Shown here piece by piece: positions 15,142-21,961 of a stretch of DNA of 24,000 nucleotides. Position numbers and translations under genes: made by a program. Every line of letters begins with the position of its first letter. Within the stretch, counting starts at the first letter, position 1. Origin of the DNA: Promethearchaeota archaeon (GTDB lineage: Archaea; Asgardarchaeota; Lokiarchaeia; Sigyniarchaeales; SOKP01); the NCBI GenBank assembly GCA_008080735.1, contig SHMW01000003.1:63220-87219 (forward strand), written 5' to 3'. Under the pieces are notes generated by a model. It saw only the letters and a program-made list of their open reading frames with translations, searched no databases and was not told the DNA's origin.

Positions 15142-17187
15142 TTAGAATTGGGTAATGACTGCGCAATGGTCAGATGCTTCAGAACAATACACCTCACTTT
15201 CAAGTGGGGTTAGATCTGTTGAACACATGATGTAGTCTATCCTTTTTTGTGGTTCAAATTCATCATCAAAATGACCTGTATAGCCCGGATCTGTGTTTAA
15301 TTTTCTATATGTATCCGTAAAGTTCAGACTTGAAATTGTGCTATTTATTAAAGAATATTCAAAATCAGTGGGTTCAAAATTAAAATCACCCATCCAGACG
15401 ATCTTCTCAAAGGTTGATTCATTCATTTCATTAACGATAGCTTTAACTTGCTCAATTCGGTCGTCTTTCTTCGTGGATAAATGTGTTACATAAACTGTCC
15501 AAAGTGATGAATTGATTTCTAGATTGGCTTTTATCATCGATCTGGGTTCCGCTGATGACACATTTAAAGGCAGCTTTATGATTTCCGCATTCAATATTGG
15601 ATATTTGCTTAAAAGCACATTTCCATAGTGTTTATAGAACGTATACCCATAGAAGTAATACATATTCAATTTATGGGCGAAGTAAGAACCAATATCGATA
15701 AATGAAGTTTTGAGTGCACCAAGATCCACTTCATTTAATCCGAGTACATCGGGATCTTGTCTTTTAATCTGCTCGATCAATCGGTCTAATTCAAATTTGT
15801 CATCTACACCGATTGCATTATGTATGTTCCACGTCATAAAAGTAGGATTTTCACTTGCCGGAGGTACTGGTCTTCTCTGTAATGCAATAACACCCAGTGC
15901 AGTACTACTTATTATGAAAACTCCTATGAAAAGATAACCAGTAGATTTTCTGTTAAATTTTAAATTAAAATCTCTTCTTTCTGATATTTTGCTGAAGTTC
16001 TTTACCTCACAAGTTATCATCAGTACCCCTGCTGTTCCGATTAATATTATTATATTGATAAGCAATGAGATGTATTCATACCATAACACTTGCACTTGGA
16101 TAATTATAAAGATAAGAATTGTCATAAAAAAAATGATAAGTCCAAACAGTAGTCTGAGGCGATAATTGAAAGAATAAGCGTTAAAAAGATACAATATATA
16201 ATATACGAGAAAGAAAAGATTGACAATTGTAGTGAAGGTAAAAAATATAGTCGCAAGAGAACTTCTGGGAACGCCAATGAACAGTATAGAAAGACCATTT
16301 ACGAAGAGAAATAAAATCCCAAGAATTATCGAAAATATGCGTATCATATTTTTATTTAATTGTAAAAGCACCCTAGTAGTGATATAAAAGGCAGCAACGG
16401 CAGTTATAAGAATTATTAATATATAATAGGTGAATCCATAACTTATCCAAGGAAACAGCAACTCGGTATTTTGATAGTTGAGATTAATAAGTCCATAAGC
16501 GGATAATGCCATCGGATTAAAAAACCACATAATACCCGTTAAAAATAAGACACCGAGGATAATGAAATGCACATAGGAGATTTTCTTTTTACCATTTTGA
16601 TTCCTGGAGTTTTCAGATAATGATGGTAAATTTCTGGGAAAATATTCATATTTATTTATTGTATTAATGCAAATTAAAATGATAATCAGGGGAATAAGTT
16701 TGGTAAAATTTGTCGTTATATTAGATGAAATATCAATTATCAGAAATATAAACTGAATTCCTAACCCCAGAATTAATCCCGCAATCAATTCATTAACATT
16801 TAAATAATTCTCCCGAGTTTGAGTCAGTATAATCATCTCGTTGAAAAAGATCATTCCCGAAAAGAGGAGCAAGAAGTTTAGCATTAATAGTATTGATGTC
16901 CAGGAAATAAATTGCGCGATCAATCTAACAACAGTAATAATTATGATTATTAGCGAAATCCTGTATTTGTGGACCACGATCTTCTTTGTATTAAAGCTTA
17001 CTACCAATATAACAATCAAGATTATGCTTATTATTAATATTGGCAAAAGAGATATGATTTCTGAAAGGTTCATAAAGACATAGGCATTAATTTCGACGAT
17101 GAGGTTGTAAAATGCTTCAATGAAGAAATATAGTATAATTCCAACAAGGAAAATATTTGCGATTTTTGAAAGTTCTTGATCTTTCAT
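15142..17187 (-). CDS. Polytopic membrane protein with C-terminal endonuclease/exonuclease/phosphatase (EEP) domain
   Basis: The 681-aa ORF has an extremely hydrophobic first ~440 aa (a dozen or more TM-length segments). The last ~230 aa carry the ordered EEP catalytic motifs TWNIHN, GLNEVD, VTHL, GDFNF, RIDYI and SDHCAV. Confidence 0.85.
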   Translation of the reverse strand: MKDQELSKIANIFLVGIILYFFIEAFYNLIVEINAYVFMNLSEIISLLPILIISIILIVILVVSFNTKKIVVHKYRISLIIIIITVVRLIAQFISWTSILLMLNFLLLFSGMIFFNEMIILTQTRENYLNVNELIAGLILGLGIQFIFLIIDISSNITTNFTKLIPLIIILICINTINKYEYFPRNLPSLSENSRNQNGKKKISYVHFIILGVLFLTGIMWFFNPMALSAYGLINLNYQNTELLFPWISYGFTYYILIILITAVAAFYITTRVLLQLNKNMIRIFSIILGILFLFVNGLSILFIGVPRSSLATIFFTFTTIVNLFFLVYYILYLFNAYSFNYRLRLLFGLIIFFMTILIFIIIQVQVLWYEYISLLINIIILIGTAGVLMITCEVKNFSKISERRDFNLKFNRKSTGYLFIGVFIISSTALGVIALQRRPVPPASENPTFMTWNIHNAIGVDDKFELDRLIEQIKRQDPDVLGLNEVDLGALKTSFIDIGSYFAHKLNMYYFYGYTFYKHYGNVLLSKYPILNAEIIKLPLNVSSAEPRSMIKANLEINSSLWTVYVTHLSTKKDDRIEQVKAIVNEMNESTFEKIVWMGDFNFEPTDFEYSLINSTISSLNFTDTYRKLNTDPGYTGHFDDEFEPQKRIDYIMCSTDLTPLESEVYCSEASDHCAVITQF

Positions 17188-17295
17188 TATTTTTTTATTA
17201 TAGATTTGGTTGATATAATATTTGATTTAGTTCCTCATTATTTAATTATTATGCATATGAAATGAATAAACCATAATTAAGACTAAATTATAAGC

Positions 17296-18603
17296 TTAAG
17301 AAAAGAATATCGCAAGAATTAGAGAATATACAGTTGAAAGAATAATGTGAATGATTGCGAAGGTTGCGCCAACTTTTAGTAATCTTTTGTAGTTAAAGTT
17401 TTCCACGCCCGCATCCTGGGCAATCTTGAGCGTCATAACATCGCAGGCAGCTCCCTGAGGTATTAAATTCCCACCAATATTAATCCCAATAATAAAAGCG
17501 AAGTATATTGGTATACTGGCGAACCCATAGACATTAGTAAGGGTTTCAATTATGGGGATGAACACTAAAGCTGTAGGTGTATTCGCGACAAACCCAGAAA
17601 TTAAACTCACGGCGATCAAAATGATTAAAGAGATGAGGATCGGAGGGACGACTTGAAATGGAATATTAATAAATATCTCTTTAAACCCCGCTTCTAGTAA
17701 ACAACCAATTACGATATAAAGGGATAAGAAAAAGAAAATTATTTCCCATTCCACATCCTTTAACAACACAGCAGCTTTCTTTTTGGTAAAGCGTTTATTT
17801 ATAATGACCAAGAGGAAAGCCGATAAAACGGCGGTGAGATAGAGAAGAGGTAAAATCGCGAATAAGGCGATGGTGACGATAATTGCCACACTATTAAAAT
17901 AGAACATTTTCTTATTAGATACCATAGTATCCGCGTCAATTAACTCTAAAACGAATCGTTTTTGTTGTTCCTCTATTTTCGGCTCTTTACTGAGATAAAA
18001 TTTGTCAATTAGAAATATCGTAATGAAGAGGAGACTAAAGGAGAAGATCCAGTAATTTTGGATGAAATATAAGGTATCCAACCCAAACGCGGTGGAGATG
18101 ATGATGTTCTCTCCCGAGCTGAAGGGAGTAATGATGGATCCGATATTAATGCACACTGTCATTCCAAGTAAGTAAGTACCCGCTCGAATCTTTAAGAATC
18201 GGCATAACCGAATCACCACGGGCCCCAAAATTAATACCACAACGACATCGGTGATAATTGCCGCAAGAAGTGTCGTAATAACGCATAAAAAATAAAAAAA
18301 GACCCTCTGATTTCCTTTGGAAAGTTTAAACAGTTTTACTGCAAGGAATTCCAAGATATTTGAATCTTGAGCAATTTTGGTGATGATACTCATACTCAAT
18401 ATGACCAAAATAGCTTCAAATTCGATTACTTGTAAGAAATCATTAATCGTTAATCCTTGGAGAATTCCCGTTACGGTGGCAGCGGTGAAGCTTAGAACGA
18501 TGGAGATTGCCACAAAATCAAGTTTCTCAAAAGTATAACTGATAATGATTAACGCAAAAACGATAAACACAAAAACCAAGAGAGGGATATTTAGCGGTGC
18601 CAT
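17296..18603 (-). CDS. Ion-transporter-superfamily permease (ArsB/NhaD/CitMHS-like), paralogue B
   Basis: It aligns without gaps, by eye, to paralogue A at roughly 70% aa identity. Starting at the ATG at 18603 (MAPLNIPLL...) gives 435 aa, matching paralogue A. The ORF track extends to a GTG at 18621. Confidence 0.7.
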   Translation of the reverse strand: MAPLNIPLLVFVFIVFALIIISYTFEKLDFVAISIVLSFTAATVTGILQGLTINDFLQVIEFEAILVILSMSIITKIAQDSNILEFLAVKLFKLSKGNQRVFFYFLCVITTLLAAIITDVVVVLILGPVVIRLCRFLKIRAGTYLLGMTVCINIGSIITPFSSGENIIISTAFGLDTLYFIQNYWIFSFSLLFITIFLIDKFYLSKEPKIEEQQKRFVLELIDADTMVSNKKMFYFNSVAIIVTIALFAILPLLYLTAVLSAFLLVIINKRFTKKKAAVLLKDVEWEIIFFFLSLYIVIGCLLEAGFKEIFINIPFQVVPPILISLIILIAVSLISGFVANTPTALVFIPIIETLTNVYGFASIPIYFAFIIGINIGGNLIPQGAACDVMTLKIAQDAGVENFNYKRLLKVGATFAIIHIILSTVYSLILAIFFS

Positions 18604-18694
18604 TTCATTGGAATGATTCACGAGTGACTAAGAAATTAAAGAGTGATCCTCTAATAAATCTACCTAATATAAAAAATTAAAGCTTTCCAGCGCT

Positions 18695-19531
18695 CTATTC
18701 CAATAATATCAATGATAATAGGAATTTATCTAAATTTAATTCTTTCAAAAGAACAAGGTTATTAATAAGATAACTAAATAAATCTTCTTCCATAAAATGA
18801 TTCAAGCTTTCTTGCCTTCCTAATTCATTTTTCAAGATTTCTATACATCGTTTAAGTAAATCAATTAATAAGCGTTCTACTAACATCATATCAACAGCGT
18901 TAGGATTTATGTTGATGATATTAAACCCAGACTCTTTAGTAAACTCAATTTTTTGTAATTCGGGATCTTTTTCAAAATCAGGTAAATTCCGAAATTCAAA
19001 ATACATCTTTTCCATTTTATTGATGAGATGTTTTTTCTGGTCCAACTGCGAGACAATATTCATTATAATATTTAAGATTTGCTGGAAGATACCCAAAATA
19101 TCAAAAAACTCAGCTATGGTGGTAATATTTTCCGCTTGTTTCCATTGATGGTAATATTCATCAATCGTTTTTTTAAAAGGTACAAAAATTTCTGTGTTTC
19201 CGTCCCATTCATCTCTATCATAATTTTGATTTACTACATATTCCTGTAAGAAGGATTTTTTAATAATGTTTAAACGCGCCCTTAATATTTCAGCACTCAC
19301 ATCCTTATTATCCGCTGCGATAAAGAGTAAATTTGAATCGCTGTCTTCGAGATATACCCATCTAAGCCCCCCCATTTCGATACTCTCAATCCCTTGTTTA
19401 AATTCAAATACCGTAAACTGATTTAGAGCGGTTAAAAGTCCAGAGACTAAATCCTCATTTACCATTAAATCTTGATAGGGTTGGTAAAGCAAGGTTACTC
19501 CCGAATCACTGTCTAATATCCATACATTCAT
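18695..19531 (-). CDS. Hypothetical protein with N-terminal longin/roadblock-like domain and helical C-terminal region
   Basis: The 278-aa ORF starts with ATG. Residues 1-~100 (VWILDSDSGVTLLYQPY...LVSGLLTALNQF...IESIEMGGLRWVYLEDSDSNLLFIAADNKDVSAEILRARLNIIKKSF) follow the beta-beta-alpha-beta-beta-beta-alpha pattern of longin/sigma-adaptin/roadblock domains. The rest is predicted to be helical. The CDS itself is solid, but the domain call is pattern-based. Confidence 0.55.
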   Translation of the reverse strand: MNVWILDSDSGVTLLYQPYQDLMVNEDLVSGLLTALNQFTVFEFKQGIESIEMGGLRWVYLEDSDSNLLFIAADNKDVSAEILRARLNIIKKSFLQEYVVNQNYDRDEWDGNTEIFVPFKKTIDEYYHQWKQAENITTIAEFFDILGIFQQILNIIMNIVSQLDQKKHLINKMEKMYFEFRNLPDFEKDPELQKIEFTKESGFNIININPNAVDMMLVERLLIDLLKRCIEILKNELGRQESLNHFMEEDLFSYLINNLVLLKELNLDKFLLSLILLE

Positions 19532-19585
19532 TGTGAAATTTTTTCCTTTTATTGGGAATAGAGTAGATTCTCTTTAGATTAATTT

Positions 19586-20074
19586 CTATTCAATTAATTC
19601 TTTGACATCGTTATCTTTCAAAAAGTTTTCAAGGTTTCTAAGGATTTCAGATAATTTACGTCTTAAAATAAGTTCAGAGGCATCTCCCACTAAATTTAAA
19701 AATTCGTTGTTTAGCTTAAAGGTATGGACAAAAACACCCACTTTGGACTTATCGGGACCGAGCGCTTTAATGCGCAATCGAGCTTCTAATTTCTCCACAT
19801 CCTTGTTGTTTCTTACATTTAATTCGATTAAACGACCTTTATCTGGTACTTCCCCTTGATCATCCATCACTAATTCGCCGCTCATTTCGATTGGAATATT
19901 AATGAGATCAACTTCATCATAAATCTCGCTATAAAATACATTCGGAGCGGTAAATTCGACTTCTATTCGTTTCACTGGGCTGATCGTTTCCCAGAGTTTT
20001 GGCTTGTAAAGCGCATCTAAGAGGCTGTCTTTATCACCATTTACTTCTACTACTTTAGAGATTAATTTTCCCAC
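19586..20074 (-). CDS. Hypothetical protein, possible SRPBCC (START/Bet v1-like) fold
   Basis: The 162-aa ORF starts with GTG and lies 54 nt upstream of the longin-like gene on the same strand. The pattern is a beta strand, a short helix (DSLLDALYKPKLWETI), a run of beta strands and a long C-terminal helix (ASELILRRKLSEILRNLENFL). This is reminiscent of SRPBCC ligand-binding domains. The fold call has low confidence. Confidence 0.45.
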   Translation of the reverse strand: MGKLISKVVEVNGDKDSLLDALYKPKLWETISPVKRIEVEFTAPNVFYSEIYDEVDLINIPIEMSGELVMDDQGEVPDKGRLIELNVRNNKDVEKLEARLRIKALGPDKSKVGVFVHTFKLNNEFLNLVGDASELILRRKLSEILRNLENFLKDNDVKELIE

Positions 20075-20221
20075 GTTAGCTCATCTTTATAAGTATTTTG
20101 TTGCATAAACATTTATTTTTTAAATTTTTAATTATTTGCTTTTTAGTTCCCTCAATATGATACTATGGTCAAAATATTTTCCTAGGGATTTCTATTGTCA
20201 AATCTTTCAAGATTAGAATTT

Positions 20222-20289
20222 TATGCCTCAGACTTCCTCAATAATATCATCCAAAAAGTCATATAAGATGAAATATCATCATTGGCATA
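20222..20289 (-). ncRNA. Box C/D sRNA candidate (68 nt)
   Basis: The minus strand reads 5'-UAUGCC-A-AUGAUGA(C)-UAUUUCAUCUUAU(13 nt)-AUGA(D' variant)-CUUUUUGG-AUGAUAU(C' variant)-UAUUGAGGAAGU(12 nt)-CUGA(D)-GGCAUA-3'. A perfect 6-bp terminal stem (UAUGCC/GGCAUA) brackets the C and D boxes. The element is intergenic, with TATATA about 25 nt upstream. Confidence 0.6.
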
Positions 20290-20308
20290 TAATCATCGAT
20301 TTAGATCA

Positions 20309-20318
20309 ACTATATAGA
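20309..20318 (-). promoter_or_regulatory. TATA-like box positioned for the C/D sRNA candidate
   Basis: TCTATATAG (minus-strand reading) is centred 24-25 nt upstream of the proposed sRNA 5' end at 20289. The sRNA could alternatively be processed from the 3' UTR of the upstream zinc-finger gene. Confidence 0.3.
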
Positions 20319-20334
20319 GAAAATAAGAGAAAGC

Positions 20335-20544
20335 TTAAATGTTTTTCTCACGAAATAATCGCGTTTCTTCAATCTTATTTTTAGTTCCGCATTTAGGACA
20401 CTCCCAATATTCTTGTGCGGTTTTCACGGTATTTATACAGTCTTCACATACCGCAGTATCGCAAATACAATAATAAAGTTTGTCTACCGCATCTTTGAAA
20501 TTCTTTTTACAAATAGCGCAAATTGGAGGGGGAATCTCATCCAT
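20335..20544 (-). CDS. Small eight-cysteine zinc-finger protein with RING-like (C4C4) spacing
   Basis: The 69-aa product from the ATG at 20544 (the track ORF starts at a TTG at 20553) is MDEIPPPICAIC...YYCICDTAVCEDC...YWECPKCG. The spacing is C-x2-C-x13-C-x-C-x4-C-x2-C-x12-C-x2-C. The C.IC opening and W.CP.C ending are typical of RING fingers. Confidence 0.6.
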   Translation of the reverse strand: MDEIPPPICAICKKNFKDAVDKLYYCICDTAVCEDCINTVKTAQEYWECPKCGTKNKIEETRLFREKNI

Positions 20545-20627
20545 TTTTCTCAATTATTTTTTTCTAGATTAATATGCTATAATGTATTTTTATAAATTAA
20601 TATCGTATAAAATTATTGCGTTTCAAA

Positions 20628-20816
20628 ATGAAAGATGTCAGTTTCTATCTCCGGTTGCTCTTGCTGTTGAGTATTTTCTTCTTGTGGAGATTAATTAATG
20701 GAATTGTGGAAAATAACCAATTCGAAATCGCCTTTTGGGGGATATTTCTGATTATATATATACCATCAATAATAATCGCCTCGTTTGCGGCAAAAAAATA
20801 TCAAGAGAAAAAATAA
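20628..20816 (+). CDS. Small two-TM membrane protein, unknown function
   Basis: The 62-aa product from the ATG at 20628 (the track uses a TTG at 20616) has two hydrophobic helices (FYLRLLLLLSIFFLW; IAFWGIFLIIYIPSIIIASFAA) and a basic C-terminus. TTTTTATAAATT lies about 35 nt upstream. There are no family clues. Confidence 0.4.
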   Translation: MKDVSFYLRLLLLLSIFFLWRLINGIVENNQFEIAFWGIFLIIYIPSIIIASFAAKKYQEKK

Positions 20817-20837
20817 AAAGCTAATTAGACAATTCTT

Positions 20838-21866
20838 CTATTGGATTTTACTCATTGCATCTTTTAATAGCTTTTCAGCCTCTTTTGTAAAATTAGATAG
20901 AATATCATCAACCTTTTTCTCCTCATTAATTAATCCAACTGTTTGCCCTGCTAATATAGCACCATTTTCCGTATCTCCTTTGTATATTAATTCATAGCGT
21001 TTCATATCTTCCTGTATTTTTTCCATTGTTAATTGGCTTTCTTGATCCTTTTTCTCTTCTTTTGAGAGTATTTTACCATGTTCTAACGCATATTTATTTT
21101 TAAGTAAGCGAATAGGTCCGAATGAGCCCGTCGTCAAAATGGTATCTCGAGCTGTTGCTGGGTAAATTACAGACTTGTAATTCTTATGAAATTCGCTCTC
21201 TTCTGAGGCTATAAATCGAGTTCCCATAGCGATCGCATCTGCGCCTCCTGCGATAGCCATCGCCAAGCTCTCAGGACTGGCAAATCCTCCGCAGGCAATG
21301 ATAGGAAAGTCTGGATATGCACGAACGGCTTCTTGCAGTAAAACTAGTGTAGAAATCTCCTCATAAGACTGATGACCACCACCCTCTATTCCAGTGACCA
21401 CAAGTCCGTCACATCCCGAATCTACGACTTTTTTTGCCAAATACAATGCTGGTGAGACGTGGAAATGTTTTAAAGTGGGGCATTTTTTTTTCCAATATTC
21501 CGAAGCTTTTCTTGGAGTGCCTGCTGATGTGACCGCATAAACACATTGTTCTCGCAAACGAGGGTCCTCATTGATCCATCTGGCGGTCTTTTTTATTAAT
21601 GCGGGAGCATCAATTTGTAATCTTGCTGTCCGTATATTGAATCCAAAGGGTTTATCGGTATGTTCTATCACATAATCAAAATTTTCTTTCATCGTTTTTA
21701 TAGGATCACGTCCTAATAAGTTCGTGTGGCTTAATACACCTAACCCACCTGCCTCTGAAACTGCAACTGTTAATTCCGTGGTATAGAATGGACCCATCGG
21801 TGCGCTTAAAATAGGGTATTTAATATCAAACATCTCGGTAATTTTAGTTTTTATCATTATCTTCAC
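20838..21866 (-). CDS. Nitronate monooxygenase / FabK-like FMN-dependent oxidoreductase (NMO family)
   Basis: The N-terminal pattern is MFDIKYPILSAPMG...AGGLGVLS. The C-terminal TIM-barrel FMN motifs are GIEGGGH and ACGGFASPESLAMAIAGGADAIAMGTRF. The start is either the GTG at 21866 or the ATG at 21857. Confidence 0.85.
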   Translation of the reverse strand: MKIMIKTKITEMFDIKYPILSAPMGPFYTTELTVAVSEAGGLGVLSHTNLLGRDPIKTMKENFDYVIEHTDKPFGFNIRTARLQIDAPALIKKTARWINEDPRLREQCVYAVTSAGTPRKASEYWKKKCPTLKHFHVSPALYLAKKVVDSGCDGLVVTGIEGGGHQSYEEISTLVLLQEAVRAYPDFPIIACGGFASPESLAMAIAGGADAIAMGTRFIASEESEFHKNYKSVIYPATARDTILTTGSFGPIRLLKNKYALEHGKILSKEEKKDQESQLTMEKIQEDMKRYELIYKGDTENGAILAGQTVGLINEEKKVDDILSNFTKEAEKLLKDAMSKIQ

Positions 21867-21961
21867 CCATAATTAATAGATTTAGATAGATTTACTTAGT
21901 TTTTTAAATTATAATTAATATTCATTTTAATCAAGTTATTTATTAAGCTATCGGATAATCG

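Noticed and set aside
14621-17083. ORFs 14621-14851 (-), 15293-15493 (+), 15710-15937 (+) and 16841-17083 (+)
   Set aside because: They are antisense to the alpha/beta hydrolase or the TM-EEP CDS, so they are shadow ORFs.
12750-18621. Inverted permease copies considered as arms of a composite transposon or mobile cassette
   Set aside because: The arms are intact, diverged (about 70% aa identity) full-length transporter genes. There is no transposase, integrase, terminal inverted repeat or target-site duplication. Paralogous duplication is the simpler reading.
18909-20997. ORFs 18909-19148 (+), 19602-19859 (+), 20413-20595 (+) and 20785-20997 (+)
   Set aside because: They are antisense to the longin-like, START-like, zinc-finger and NMO genes. 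Their products are low-complexity or Ser/Phe-rich.
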